NCBI GenBank assembly: GCA_963798845.1
Contig: CAWCUS010000003.1
Coordinates: forward strand, 96,001 to 160,000
Reading direction: 5' to 3'
Length of the DNA stretch: 64,000 nt
Origin: an uncultured Gemmatimonadales bacterium
GTDB lineage: Bacteria; Gemmatimonadota; Gemmatimonadetes; Longimicrobiales; RSA9
In this document: in pieces, positions 1 through 10,206 of the stretch
Numbering within the stretch: position 1 is the first letter of the stretch
How the letters are laid out: every line of letters starts with the position of its first letter
Notes under the pieces: model-generated
The model's input: only the letters and a program-made list of their open reading frames with translations
What the model was told of the DNA's origin: nothing
Databases searched by the model: none
Position numbers and translations under genes: made by a program

Positions 1-810
1 ATGGCCGGGGTACTCGCGGTGGTCGGGCTCTGGGGGTACGCCGGGTCGCGGCGCCTGCGCGTGCAGCGGCTGACTTTTCGCTTCCCCACCCTCCCGCCCG
101 GCCTGGACGGGCTCCGCATCGTCCAGCTTTCGGACCTTCACGTGGGGCCGCACACGCCCCGCCGGCACCTCGAGCGCGTGGCGCGCTCGGTGATGGCCGC
201 AGGGCCGGATCTCGTGGCTTTCACCGGCGACCAGGTCGACGACTACGCCGAGGACGTCGCCCATTTCGCCAGGGCGTTCCGCGGTCTCCGTGCTCCGCTC
301 GGGGTGTACGCGGTTGCCGGCAACCACGACGTCTACGCCGGCTGGTCGGCGGTGCGCCTCGGCATGGAGGCCATGGGCATTCGCGTCCTCGTGAACGAAG
401 CGGTGGCGCTCGAGCGCGACGGCGCGCGGCTGTGGCTCGGCGGGACGGGCGACCCGGCGGGATCGGCCTGGCACCGTGACGGCGGGGCGGCGGCGGCGCC
501 GGATCTCCAGCGGACGCTGGCCGGCGTTCCGCCCGGGGCCTTCGCGGTGGTCCTGGCCCACAATCCGGTGCTCTGGCCTCCGCTGGCGGAGCGCGGGGTG
601 CAGCTGACTTTGAGCGGCCACACCCACCACGGCCAGCTGTCGATTCCACGGCTCCGCTGGAGCCTTGCCTCCCCATTCGTGGAGCACGCCATGGGCACGC
701 ACCGGCGGGGAGATTCCGTACTGTACATTTCGCCCGGCACGAACTACTGGGGGCTGCCCCTCCGGATCGGTGCCCTGCCCGAGGTCACCGTTATCCAGCT
801 GGCGCGCTAG
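1..810 (+). CDS. Metallophosphoesterase (calcineurin-like, YkuE-type), probably 5'-truncated by the window edge
   Basis: Motifs LSDLH, TGDQVD, GNHD, LAHNP and GHTHHGQ. Confidence 0.9.
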   Translation: MAGVLAVVGLWGYAGSRRLRVQRLTFRFPTLPPGLDGLRIVQLSDLHVGPHTPRRHLERVARSVMAAGPDLVAFTGDQVDDYAEDVAHFARAFRGLRAPLGVYAVAGNHDVYAGWSAVRLGMEAMGIRVLVNEAVALERDGARLWLGGTGDPAGSAWHRDGGAAAAPDLQRTLAGVPPGAFAVVLAHNPVLWPPLAERGVQLTLSGHTHHGQLSIPRLRWSLASPFVEHAMGTHRRGDSVLYISPGTNYWGLPLRIGALPEVTVIQLAR

Positions 811-943
811 CTCGCGGCGATTCCCGGCTCACCTCCCGAAAGTACCCGAACCGGGCTACATTTCCGGAATCCCGCCGGCGGTCGGGACGATCCGGGCGCC
901 GGGGCTCCCACGCGGAGCCGAAGACCCCCGAGCCACCGGAGCC

Positions 944-2377
944 ATGCGCCCGTTCTCCCTGATCCCGATCGCGGCCGTCGCCGTGCTTACTGCCGCCTCC
1001 CTGACGGCACAGCAGCCCGCCGGCGACGACGGCGGCGCTCTCACCATCCCGTTCGAGCGGGTGACCCTCGACAACGGGCTGAACGTGATCCTCTCACCTG
1101 ACCACACCACTCCGCAGGTGGTGGTGGACGTGTGGTACCACGTGGGCTCGAAGAACGAGGAGCCGGGGCGGACGGGCTTCGCACACATGTTCGAGCACGT
1201 GATGTTCACCGGCTCCGCCCACGTCCCCTACGGCCTCCACGACAGGCTCACGGAGGGGGTGGGCGGCTACAACAACGGTTCCACCAACAACGACCGGACC
1301 AACTACTTCGAAAGCGTTCCGTCGAACTACCTGGAGTCTGCGCTCTGGCTGGAGTCGGACCGCATGGGATACCTGCTCGACAAGCTGGACGAGGCGAAGT
1401 TCGTGGCGCAGCGGGACATCGTGCAGAACGAGCGTCGCCAGGGGGTGGACAACCAGCCGTACGGCCGGGCGTCGGAGATCCTGACCACAGCGGCCTACCC
1501 GCCGTCCAACCCGTACTCCTGGTCGGTGATCGGCTACATGACCGACCTCCAGGCCGCCACGGTCGACGATGTGAAGAAGTTCTTCCGGCTGTACTACGCG
1601 CCGTCCAACGCGACCGTCGCGATCGTCGGCGACTTCGACCCGGCGCAGGCGAAGGCGTGGGTCGAGCAGTACTTCGACGAGCTTCCGGCGGGCGCCGCGA
1701 TCACCCGCCCGAGCGTGACTCGCCCCGTGCTGCCAGCGGAAAAGCGGCTGGTTTTCGAGGACCACGTGCAGGTGCCGCGGCTGTACATGCAATGGCCCAC
1801 CGTGGGCGTGGACAACCCGGACAACCGCGCCCTCCAGTACCTCGGCGAGATCCTCACCGGCTCGCGCACAGCGCGGCTGACCAAGGCGCTCGTGTACGAC
1901 CTGCAATCGGCCGCCAACGTGATGGCCTACAACGGCGGACGGGAGAACGCGGGTGATTTCAACATCGTCATCACGCCCCGCCCGGGGCATACGCTCACCG
2001 AGCTGAAGTCGGCCACGGACTCGGTGCTGACCGGGATCCTCGAGGATGGGCCGACCGCGGACGAGATGGCGCGCACGGCGGCCGGGCTCCAGTACCAGTT
2101 CGTGTCGTCGCTGCAGTCCAACCTCGGGAAGGCGGAGATGCTGAACACGGGGCTAGTCTTTCACGGCGATCCGGCGTTCTACAAGGCCGAGTTCGCGGCC
2201 ATGAAGGCAGTCACCGCCGCCCAGGTGAGAGCCGCGGCCAGGGAGTACCTGACGCCCGGACGTGTCGTGCTGAGCGTGGTCCCGCTCGGCGAGACGCAGC
2301 TCGCCGCCGACGCGGACCAGAGCATCCCCGTGACCGTGTCGCCCGACGGCGGCCATTACATCATGGAGCCCCGCTGA
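944..2377 (+). CDS. M16 (pitrilysin) family zinc peptidase, catalytic subunit with signal peptide
   Basis: HMFEH inverted zinc motif and WYHVGSKNE. Start moved to ATG 944 (MRPFSLIP..., signal-like, GGAG upstream). Confidence 0.9.
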   Translation: MRPFSLIPIAAVAVLTAASLTAQQPAGDDGGALTIPFERVTLDNGLNVILSPDHTTPQVVVDVWYHVGSKNEEPGRTGFAHMFEHVMFTGSAHVPYGLHDRLTEGVGGYNNGSTNNDRTNYFESVPSNYLESALWLESDRMGYLLDKLDEAKFVAQRDIVQNERRQGVDNQPYGRASEILTTAAYPPSNPYSWSVIGYMTDLQAATVDDVKKFFRLYYAPSNATVAIVGDFDPAQAKAWVEQYFDELPAGAAITRPSVTRPVLPAEKRLVFEDHVQVPRLYMQWPTVGVDNPDNRALQYLGEILTGSRTARLTKALVYDLQSAANVMAYNGGRENAGDFNIVITPRPGHTLTELKSATDSVLTGILEDGPTADEMARTAAGLQYQFVSSLQSNLGKAEMLNTGLVFHGDPAFYKAEFAAMKAVTAAQVRAAAREYLTPGRVVLSVVPLGETQLAADADQSIPVTVSPDGGHYIMEPR

Positions 2378-3879
2378 TGCGCACACAGGCAAAGGCAGTC
2401 CGACTCAGCGGCCGCACCGCTGCGGCATTCGCACCGCTCATTCTGGCCGCCGCGCTCGCGGTCACGCTCGGGGGCGCCTCGCCGGCCGCGGGCCAGAAGC
2501 CGCTCGACCGCACTATCGTTCCGCCGCCCGGCCCAGCGCCCGAGCTGCGCGTCCCGCAGTGGACGCACACCACGCTCGCCAACGGCGCCGAGCTGGTCGT
2601 GGTGGCCAAGCGCGACCTGCCGCTCGTGTCGTTCAGCATCGACTTCATCGGCGGCGCCGCCAATTACGAGCCGGCGGGGAAGACGGGTGTGGCGGCGTTC
2701 ACCGCAGACATGCTGAGCGAAGGCACGGTGAAGCGCACCGCCGATGAGCTGAGCGAAGCAGAGCAGATGCTCGGCACCGAGATCCGCGCCGACGTCGGGA
2801 AGGAGAACGGCTACATCGGCTTCACGGCACTGAGCGATCGCTTCCAGCCCGCACTCGCGCTCCTGGCCGACATGCTGGAGAATCCCACGTTCCCGAGCGA
2901 TGCGCTGGAGCGCCTGCGCGGCCGTACCCTGGTGTCGCTGCGCCAGGCCAAAGACCGCCCGAACGCGATCGCTGCGGACGTGTTCGCCCGCGTCGTGTAC
3001 GGCGCCGGGCATCCGTACGGCCGGGTCATGACCGAAGGCACGGTCGGCGCCATCACCCGCGACGACATCGCCGCCTTCCACCAGACCTATTTCCGCCCGG
3101 GCCACGCGGTCATTACCGTGGCCGGGAATGTGGAGCCGGCGGCCGTGAAGCAGCAGGTGGAGCAAGCCCTCGCGGGGTGGAAGACCGGCGGCGCCGCGCC
3201 GTCGTTCGATTACCCGGCGATGCCAGCACCGAAGCCCACCACCATCTATCTCGTGGACAAGCCGAACGCCGCCCAGTCCGTATTCGCGATCGGGCTCGCC
3301 GGTCCACCCCGCGACACGCCCGACTACTACGCCATCGAAGTCATGAACACCCTGCTCGGCGGGCTCTTCCAGTCCCGGCTCAACCATGAGATCCGCGAAG
3401 TGCGCGGCTGGAGCTACGGCGTGGGCTCCGACTTCCACTTCGGCCGCGGGCCCGGGGCTTTCCAGGCCGGGGGCGGCGTGATCACCGCCAAGAGCGACAG
3501 CGCCCTGATGGCGTTCATGCGCCACCTCCAGGGCGTGCGGGGGGAGATCCCCTTCACCGACGACGAGATGGCGCAGGGCAAGGGCTCACTGGTGCAGTCG
3601 CTCCCCGGCCGCTTCGCGTCTGTACAGGGCACCGCCGACGCCATCGGCACGCTGTACACGGACGCGCTGCCGGAGACGTACTACCAGGACTATGCGGCCA
3701 AGATCGACGCGGTCACCCGCGACGACCTCGTCCGGGTGGCACGCACGTACCTCGACCTCGACCACCTCAGCATCGTCATCGTGGGCGACCGCGCCACGAT
3801 CGAGGCGCCGCTCCGCGCCACGGGCGTCGCACCCATCACCCTCCTCGACGTCGACGGCGACCCCGTCACCGACCAGTAG
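2377..3879 (+). CDS. M16 family peptidase, non-catalytic partner subunit
   Basis: M16 motifs (LGGLFQSRLNHEIRE..GWSYG) without HxxEH. TGATG overlap with the upstream gene. Confidence 0.88.
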   Translation: MRTQAKAVRLSGRTAAAFAPLILAAALAVTLGGASPAAGQKPLDRTIVPPPGPAPELRVPQWTHTTLANGAELVVVAKRDLPLVSFSIDFIGGAANYEPAGKTGVAAFTADMLSEGTVKRTADELSEAEQMLGTEIRADVGKENGYIGFTALSDRFQPALALLADMLENPTFPSDALERLRGRTLVSLRQAKDRPNAIAADVFARVVYGAGHPYGRVMTEGTVGAITRDDIAAFHQTYFRPGHAVITVAGNVEPAAVKQQVEQALAGWKTGGAAPSFDYPAMPAPKPTTIYLVDKPNAAQSVFAIGLAGPPRDTPDYYAIEVMNTLLGGLFQSRLNHEIREVRGWSYGVGSDFHFGRGPGAFQAGGGVITAKSDSALMAFMRHLQGVRGEIPFTDDEMAQGKGSLVQSLPGRFASVQGTADAIGTLYTDALPETYYQDYAAKIDAVTRDDLVRVARTYLDLDHLSIVIVGDRATIEAPLRATGVAPITLLDVDGDPVTDQ

Positions 3880-3889
3880 GCGGCTGGCG

Positions 3890-3922
3890 CCCCTCCGGCC
3901 TCCGGGCCGGAGGGGGCCTTCT
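3890..3922 (+). terminator. Probable intrinsic terminator
   Basis: CCCCTCCGGCC-tccg-GGCCGGAGGGG, an 11-bp stem directly after the stop, with a short pyrimidine tail. Confidence 0.55.
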
Positions 3923-4031
3923 CGCCGGCGACCGCGACGGCAGGCGAGGGTCGCGTGCCGGGCAGAAAGCGATGAAACCTGCGCCTTCGCCCGGCCGTAG
4001 AGCCGCTCCACACCCTCATCCCGGATCGCCC

Positions 4032-6491
4032 ATGCTTCGCGAGCTCCGCCAGAACATCAGGATCCTGTGGAAGGAGAAGGCGTTCACCCTCACGGTCCTG
4101 GTGACGCTCGCGGTCTGCGTCGGCGCCAACGCCGCCATCTTCTCCGTCGTCCACACCGTTCTGCTCGCGCCGCTGCCGTACGCCCACGCGGACCGGCTCG
4201 TCACGGTCTACAACAGCTATCCAGGGGCGGGCGTGCCGCGGGCCTCGAACGGGTCGTTCGACTACTTCGTGCGGCGCGAACGGATCGGGTCGTTCGAGGC
4301 GGTGGCGGAGTACCAGATGGCAGGCGCGACGGTGGGCGACCCGGGCTCTACCGAGCGTCTCACGATCCAGCGCGTGACTCCGTCCTTCTTCCCCCTGTTC
4401 GGTGCGAAGCCGGTCCTGGGACGCGGCTTCACGGAGGAGGAGATGGAGCCCGGGAAGGAACAGGTGGTGGTGCTCTCGAACGGGTACTGGAAGGAGCATT
4501 TCGCCGGTGATCCGGGCGCGGTCGGGCGGGAGCTCCGGGTGGACGGTCGGCAGTATCTGATCGTGGGGGTGATGCCTGCCGAATTCCGCATGCCGCAGGC
4601 CGAGCAGCCGCGCTTCTACGTGCCCATCGTCTTTCCGCCGGAGTCGCGGACCATCGACGCATGGCACAGCAACAACTACTCGATGGCGGCGCGGCTCGCC
4701 CCGGGCGTCACCATCGAGCGCGCGGTGGCGGAGAACGACGAGCTCAACCATGCCCTCATCGCCGACTGGCCGATCCCTGGAGCGGAGCAGATCCTCAAGG
4801 ACGCCGGGTACCATACCGAGGTGCACCCCATGCACGAAGAGCTGGTGCGGGACATCCGCCCGACGCTCTACCTCCTCTGGGGCGGCGTCGTCTTCGTGCT
4901 CCTCATCGGCTGCGTCAACATCGCCAACATCATCCTGGCCCGCTCTCAGGTCCGGCTGCGCGAAGTGGCGACGCGCCTGGCGCTGGGCGCGCCGCGTCGT
5001 CGCCTGGCGAGGGAGATGCTGTTTCACGCCCTCCTCCTGGCGGGGATCGGCGGCGTGCTCGGGATCGGCGTGGGGCTCGCCGGGATCAGGCTGCTGAGCG
5101 CGTTCGGCGCCTCGGACCTCCCGCGCGGCCCCGAAATCGGAATGGACGGGTCGGTGCTGCTCTTCACTATCGGCACCGCGCTCGTGGCGGGGTTCATCTT
5201 CGGCGCCATCCCGACCGCACAGCTGCTGCGCGGCAACCTCCAGGCGGTGCTGCAGACGGAGAGCCGCGGCGGCACGGCGAGCCGGCGGACCCTGTGGGTG
5301 CGCAACGGCCTCGTCACCGCCCAGGTCACCCTCGCCTTCCTCCTCCTCATCGGAGCCGGCCTCATGCTCATGAGCTTCCGGCACGCCGTCGCCGTCAACC
5401 CCGGATTCCAGCCGGACGGCGTGCTCACCGGCAGCCTGGCCCTCCCCACCTCCCGGTACCCGGAAGGCGACGACCGGGAGCACTTCGTGGATGAGCTCCT
5501 CGCCGAGCTCCGGGGCGTGCCCGGAGTGCGCAGCCTCGGATTGACCACGCTTCTCCCCTTCAGCGGCAACAACTCGAGCAGCGTGATCTTCCCCGAGGGC
5601 TACTCTCCCCCGCCCGGCGAGTCGGTCCTGTCGCCCTTCCAGAGCTGGGTGGCCGGCGACTACTTCCAGGTCATGCGGATCCCCCTCGTGGAGGGCCGGA
5701 CCTTCCAGGGCGACGATGGTCGCGACGACCGCCGCGTCATCATCCTCGACCGCTGGCTCGCCCACCGCTACTTCGGTGACGCGAGCCCGCTCGGCAAGCG
5801 CATGATCTGGGGCGCCATCCCCGGCCAGGCCGACCCGGAGGACTACTATACCGTGATCGGCGTGGTGGAGACGGTGAAGCAGAACGACCTCACGGCGCGC
5901 CCGGGGGAGCACGTCGGCGCGTACTACTTCCCTTACCGGTCCAACCGCCAGACCAACGTGACCCTGGTGGTTCGCACCGACGGCGACCCGGAGGCGCTCA
6001 CCCCCGTGATCCGCGACCGGATCCGGAAGCTCGACTCGGAGCTGCCCCTGTACTCCGTGAACACCATGCGTGGCCGCATCGACGAGTCGCTCACCAGCCG
6101 GCGTGCCTCCATGCTCCTCCTCCTGACCTTCGCCGGCGTGGCCCTGTTCCTGGCCGTCCTCGGGATATACGGCGTGCTGGCCTACGCCGTGGCGCAGCGA
6201 ACGCGCGAGATGGGGATCCGCATGGCCCTGGGCAGCACGGCCCGGGAGATCTTCGTGCTGGTGGTCTCCCACGGTGCACGCATCACCCTCATCGGCCTCC
6301 TCGTGGGCGGCGCTGGCGCCGTCGGGCTCGGACGCGTCATCCGCTCGCTGCTCTACGACGTCCAGCCGCTGGATCCCGCCGTCTTCGGCGCCGTCGCCGC
6401 CGTGCTGGCGGTGGTGGCGGTGGCCGCGTGCATGCTCCCGGCCTGGCAGGCCACCAGGGTGGACCCGGTGCGGGCCCTTGTGGGCGAGTAG
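4032..6491 (+). CDS. ADOP-type duplicated ABC permease (MacB_PCD/FtsX repeats)
   Basis: GANAAIFSVV, LLIGCVNIANI..AR, RLALGAPR and QRTREMGIRMALG. Start moved to ATG 4032. Confidence 0.9.
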   Translation: MLRELRQNIRILWKEKAFTLTVLVTLAVCVGANAAIFSVVHTVLLAPLPYAHADRLVTVYNSYPGAGVPRASNGSFDYFVRRERIGSFEAVAEYQMAGATVGDPGSTERLTIQRVTPSFFPLFGAKPVLGRGFTEEEMEPGKEQVVVLSNGYWKEHFAGDPGAVGRELRVDGRQYLIVGVMPAEFRMPQAEQPRFYVPIVFPPESRTIDAWHSNNYSMAARLAPGVTIERAVAENDELNHALIADWPIPGAEQILKDAGYHTEVHPMHEELVRDIRPTLYLLWGGVVFVLLIGCVNIANIILARSQVRLREVATRLALGAPRRRLAREMLFHALLLAGIGGVLGIGVGLAGIRLLSAFGASDLPRGPEIGMDGSVLLFTIGTALVAGFIFGAIPTAQLLRGNLQAVLQTESRGGTASRRTLWVRNGLVTAQVTLAFLLLIGAGLMLMSFRHAVAVNPGFQPDGVLTGSLALPTSRYPEGDDREHFVDELLAELRGVPGVRSLGLTTLLPFSGNNSSSVIFPEGYSPPPGESVLSPFQSWVAGDYFQVMRIPLVEGRTFQGDDGRDDRRVIILDRWLAHRYFGDASPLGKRMIWGAIPGQADPEDYYTVIGVVETVKQNDLTARPGEHVGAYYFPYRSNRQTNVTLVVRTDGDPEALTPVIRDRIRKLDSELPLYSVNTMRGRIDESLTSRRASMLLLLTFAGVALFLAVLGIYGVLAYAVAQRTREMGIRMALGSTAREIFVLVVSHGARITLIGLLVGGAGAVGLGRVIRSLLYDVQPLDPAVFGAVAAVLAVVAVAACMLPAWQATRVDPVRALVGE

Positions 6492-6568
6492 AGGAGCCAT
6501 GCGGCGCGTGCCCTTCCACGGGGTGTCGCCCCCCCGAGGTGGCCGCCGCGCGGCAGCCGACGCGAGGC

Positions 6569-7417
6569 TCAGAAGTTCGCCGGAATCGTCCAGGCCAGGG
6601 AAATCCCGCCGTCGGCCGACGGAAGCACGGCGGTGGAGAGGAGCAGCCGATCGACCGGGTTGTCCGGGTGCGAATAGGCGTACCAAACCACCTTGTTCCC
6701 GCTGAAGGTCCCGATCGCGGCCCCGGCCATGACGTCACTGGCCCAGTGCTTGTCGTGGTACATCCGGGACACCCCGACCAGCGCCGCGCCGCCGTACATC
6801 ACCCCGCCCACCACGTACTTCCACCCCGGCCAGGCGTCCTCCTCGGCGAGCCAGTGGGTCGTCTCGGCGGTCACCGCCGACGCGACGGAGAACGCAGTCG
6901 TGGCATGCCCCGACGGGAATGACTCGTAGTCCGTTCCCTTCAAGCCGCGGAACAACTTGAAGGAGTATGCCGATGTGTCCGCGGTCACGTACGGTCTCGC
7001 ACGGCCTACAACGACCTTCAGGGTCGTCGTGAACACCGTCGCGAGAAGGAAGGACTCCGTGCCGTGGAGCCCGAGCGCCGACAGGTATGGCCAGCCGCCG
7101 ATCCGGCCCACCGCGTACAGCGACGGCCCGATGATCTCCGGCGCCGGCTGACCCATGTAGCGGAAGAAGGAGGCCGCGTTGTGGGCGAAGGTGTTGTCCT
7201 GGAATACCGGCTCCCGGATCTCGCCCGCCAGGCGGTGGTCCAGCGGGAGCATGGCCGCCGTCGCTGCCACGAAACCGGCCGCGAGCCATGCGTCGTGCTT
7301 GGTGAGGAACGGCTTGGCCGCGTCCTCGGTGCTGTCCCGGACCGACTGGGGGCTCTGGGCCGACACCGCGCCCGCGGGCAGGACTACGATCAGAAACGCG
7401 ACAATGGTGCGGCGCAT
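6569..7417 (-). CDS. PAP2 family phosphatase
   Basis: K..VGRARP, SFPSGH and SRMYHDKHWASDV motifs. N-terminal signal. Confidence 0.9.
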   Translation of the reverse strand: MRRTIVAFLIVVLPAGAVSAQSPQSVRDSTEDAAKPFLTKHDAWLAAGFVAATAAMLPLDHRLAGEIREPVFQDNTFAHNAASFFRYMGQPAPEIIGPSLYAVGRIGGWPYLSALGLHGTESFLLATVFTTTLKVVVGRARPYVTADTSAYSFKLFRGLKGTDYESFPSGHATTAFSVASAVTAETTHWLAEEDAWPGWKYVVGGVMYGGAALVGVSRMYHDKHWASDVMAGAAIGTFSGNKVVWYAYSHPDNPVDRLLLSTAVLPSADGGISLAWTIPANF

Positions 7418-7577
7418 GGCTGTCTTCCGGCGGCCGCGGCCATCGCCGCGGCGAGGATTGCATTGTCAGTTCCCGGGCTCGCAATGCAACGCCCGCGCCA
7501 GCCGGGCCGTCACGCCCGCCCGCTCGGTCCGAACGCCATGAATGGGAAAAGAACGAAGGACCGCTTCCGCAGGGCGG

Positions 7578-8534
7578 CTACTTCGGTGCCGCGGCGCCGA
7601 GCGGAACGCTGAGACCGAGCGAGACCCCACCCGAGTCGCTGGCCCCCACGTACGGTCGAACCTCCGTGGTCCAGCGCGACCGCCCGGACACGGCCATGCT
7701 CCGCCCCACCAGCGTACCGATGGCCGCACCCGCGGCCACGTCCGAGAGGAAATGGGCGTCGTGGTAGACCCGCGCGGCCCCGACGCTCCCCGCCAGCCCG
7801 TACGCCAGGAGGTCGACCCAGAGCGACGGCGACTCCGCCGCGATCACCGACGCCACTGCGAACGCCTGCGTCGTATGTCCGGACGGGAACGACTCGTCCC
7901 CCGAGAACGGCACGAACGCTTCAGTCCCCAGCTTCTGCCGCGGCCTCGCTCGCCCGGCCGCCAGCTTGATCAGCGGCGTCACCACCCCTCCCGCCACCAC
8001 GCTCGCAGCCAGCGCCTCCACCGCCGTCCGGCGGAGCGTGGGACGGTGCCACACCATCCCACCGCCGTACAACCCCGCCACCACCCCGAACGAGGCGAGC
8101 TGACCCAGCGGCTCGACCGCGGCGAAATAGACGCTGATTCCCCGGTTCCGACGCCCATCCTCGAAATGCTCCACCGGGCCATCGGCCGCATGCACCAGCA
8201 GCACCGCCGCCAGACCGGAGCCGGGCACCAGCAGCCACTGCGTCGTCGTCCAGCGCGCCGGCGCGGAAAGGCCGTGCAGCACGAGCCCGGCCCCGAAACG
8301 CAGGTCCGCCGAGAGCACCGACTCGCTTTCCCGCGGTCTCGCGGTCGACCCAGGCGAACGGGAGACCGGGACCTGCTGCGTCGCTGACGTGTCGGGAACC
8401 ACGACGGCCGCGGAGGCGGGCGGAATCCCAACCTGTCCGGCGGACGGACTCGCGTTCGCAGCGAAGCCCAGGAGCACGACCAACGGCAACAGGGTTCCCC
8501 GCGCCGGGCGAACGGCGTGCTCGCCCGTTTTCAT
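7578..8534 (-). CDS. PAP2 family phosphatase (tandem paralogue)
   Basis: KLAAGRARP, SFPSGH and RVYHDAHFLSDV. Start uncertain (ATG 8534 chosen). Confidence 0.85.
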   Translation of the reverse strand: MKTGEHAVRPARGTLLPLVVLLGFAANASPSAGQVGIPPASAAVVVPDTSATQQVPVSRSPGSTARPRESESVLSADLRFGAGLVLHGLSAPARWTTTQWLLVPGSGLAAVLLVHAADGPVEHFEDGRRNRGISVYFAAVEPLGQLASFGVVAGLYGGGMVWHRPTLRRTAVEALAASVVAGGVVTPLIKLAAGRARPRQKLGTEAFVPFSGDESFPSGHTTQAFAVASVIAAESPSLWVDLLAYGLAGSVGAARVYHDAHFLSDVAAGAAIGTLVGRSMAVSGRSRWTTEVRPYVGASDSGGVSLGLSVPLGAAAPK

Positions 8535-8632
8535 GCGCGCGCGGCGGGAGGATGAAGCGGGTGCATGACGAAAGATCTCTCCGATTCCGCCCGCCCCGCA
8601 ACCCCCGACGCCTCCGTGCGTCGACAAGCCCC

Positions 8633-8677
8633 TTGCCGACGGAACCGTGAAGCCCTAATCGTGTCTATCATCACGAG
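8633..8677 (+). promoter_or_regulatory. sigma70-like promoter with overlapping Rex-type operator
   Basis: TTGCCG(8633)-N17-TAATCG(8656). TCGTG-tctatcat-CACGA at 8659-8676. GGAGG RBS follows. Confidence 0.65.
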
Positions 8678-8694
8678 ATCGGAGGAAACCGACG

Positions 8695-10023
8695 ATGGTA
8701 ACCGCCTCCCGGCCCCAGGCCCCCACGCTTCCGCGCGAACGGTGGTTCACGAGCGAAGACTGGTGGTCTGTCATTCTGGGCCTTTTCCTGCTGGCCGCCT
8801 GCTGGGCGGCCTTCGTGTTGCGCGCGCCGCTCACCACGCTGGGCAGGGCGAAGCCGACTGCGTGGCCGGCCCACCCGCTCGGCCCCCACTTCGCCGAGAC
8901 CTGGCCGGCGTACGTGGCGATGCTGGCGGTGCTCACCGTTCTGACGACCGGCGCGGTGTACGTCATGACGGGGAAGGCGCGGAACTACGTCCTCGGCTTC
9001 CTCGTGCTGTTCGCGGCGTCCACGCTGGTGATGATCCTGGGGGCGCAGGAGCAGCTGAAGACCTACGGCCTCGAGACCGCGTTCTGGGCGCTGGTGATCG
9101 GCCTCGCCGTGGGCAACACCATCCACCTCCCCGTGTGGTTCCAGGCCGCAGCCGGCCGGACGGAGTTCTTCATCAAGACGGGGATCATCCTGCTCGGCGC
9201 CCAGCTCTCCTTCAACGTCATCATCGCCGGTGGCGTGTGGGGGTTCCTGGAAGCGCTGCTCATCGTCTCCGCCGGCTTCACCACCGCCTTCTTCATCGCC
9301 AAGCGTATGGGCTACGACAACCGCTTCGCCGCCGTGCTGGGCGCCGGCGGCTCGGTATGCGGCGTCTCGGCTGCCATCGCCGTCGGCGGGGCCGTGAAGG
9401 CGAACGAGAAGCAGGTCGGCTACGTCATTTCCCTTGTCGTGCTCTACGCGCTCGTGCTCATCTTCCTCCTCCCCGCCATCTCCCGCGGGATCGGGCTCAG
9501 CGAGGTGGTCGCAGGCGCCTGGATCGGAGGCTCCGAGCTCGCAGACGCCGCCGGCCTCGCCTCCGCCGCCATGATCTCCGAGAAGGCGGTCCAGGCCTTC
9601 ACGCTGGTCAAGCTCAACCGCGACGTCATGATCGGCTTCCTCTGCTTCCTGTTCGCCTACCTCGCCGTCACGCGGTGGGACGTCAAGGAGTCCGGCACCA
9701 AGCCGAGCCCGAGGGTCATCTGGGACCGCTTCCCCAAGTTCGTCCTTGCCTTCCTGGTCACCTCCATCGTGATCACCGCCCTCGACAGCAGCATCGGCCC
9801 GGACGTCGCCACCTACATCGTCGCTCCACTGGGCACCATTCGCGGCTGGCTCTTCACCATCGCCTTCCTCTGCATCGGCCTGAACACCCGTATCGAGGAC
9901 GTCCGCGCCATGGGCGCCAAGCCCATCATCGCGTTCACCACGGTCGTGCTGGTCAACGTCAGCGTCGGCTTCATCCTCGCCAACCTCTTCTTCGGCGGCA
10001 TCATCGCCGCGCCGCTCAAGTAG
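8695..10023 (+). CDS. Putative sulfate exporter family transporter (YeiH/UPF0324)
   Basis: Multi-pass membrane protein with EDWWSV, EFFIKTGIILLGA, GGSVCGVSAAIA, GAWIGGSE and VKLNRD. Confidence 0.85.
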   Translation: MVTASRPQAPTLPRERWFTSEDWWSVILGLFLLAACWAAFVLRAPLTTLGRAKPTAWPAHPLGPHFAETWPAYVAMLAVLTVLTTGAVYVMTGKARNYVLGFLVLFAASTLVMILGAQEQLKTYGLETAFWALVIGLAVGNTIHLPVWFQAAAGRTEFFIKTGIILLGAQLSFNVIIAGGVWGFLEALLIVSAGFTTAFFIAKRMGYDNRFAAVLGAGGSVCGVSAAIAVGGAVKANEKQVGYVISLVVLYALVLIFLLPAISRGIGLSEVVAGAWIGGSELADAAGLASAAMISEKAVQAFTLVKLNRDVMIGFLCFLFAYLAVTRWDVKESGTKPSPRVIWDRFPKFVLAFLVTSIVITALDSSIGPDVATYIVAPLGTIRGWLFTIAFLCIGLNTRIEDVRAMGAKPIIAFTTVVLVNVSVGFILANLFFGGIIAAPLK

Positions 10024-10054
10024 GCGCCGCGACAATACGCTGAAACGGCCTCAC

Positions 10055-10094
10055 GGCACCGGCAACGCCTGCCGCGGGGAGGCGTTGCGGTGCC
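10055..10094 (+). terminator. Stem-loop after the transporter gene
   Basis: GGCACC(g)GCAACGCCT ... AGGCGTTGCGGTGCC, 15 bp with one bulge. No U tract. Confidence 0.45.
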
Positions 10095-10115
10095 ATGGCG
10101 AGGGTGACGTGGGGG

Positions 10116-10160
10116 TTGACGGGGAGCAGCAGCGGCAGTAATCGTGACTTTTGGCACGAT
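10116..10160 (+). promoter_or_regulatory. sigma70-like promoter with overlapping Rex-type operator
   Basis: TTGACG(10116)-N17-TAATCG(10139). Perfect ATCGTG-acttttgg-CACGAT at 10141-10160. Confidence 0.7.
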
Positions 10161-10206
10161 AGACTCCGGCCCGCCCCTGCCGGCTCTGAAAAACGGAAGG
10201 TAGACC

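Noticed and set aside
3690..6686. 998-aa antisense ORF, and similar long shadow ORFs such as 20241..22892, 31566..33413, 36429..38273 and 50342..52069
   Set aside because: They lie opposite well-supported genes, are Arg/Gly/His-rich and motif-free, and are expected from high GC and codon bias.
8535..8660. Island boundary as an integration site
   Set aside because: No tRNA, integrase, transposase or direct repeat is visible.
10152..10167. TGGCACG as a sigma54 -24 element (also on the minus strand near 29890-29903)
   Set aside because: No GC at the required GG-N10-GC spacing. The match is better explained as the arm of the Rex-type palindrome.
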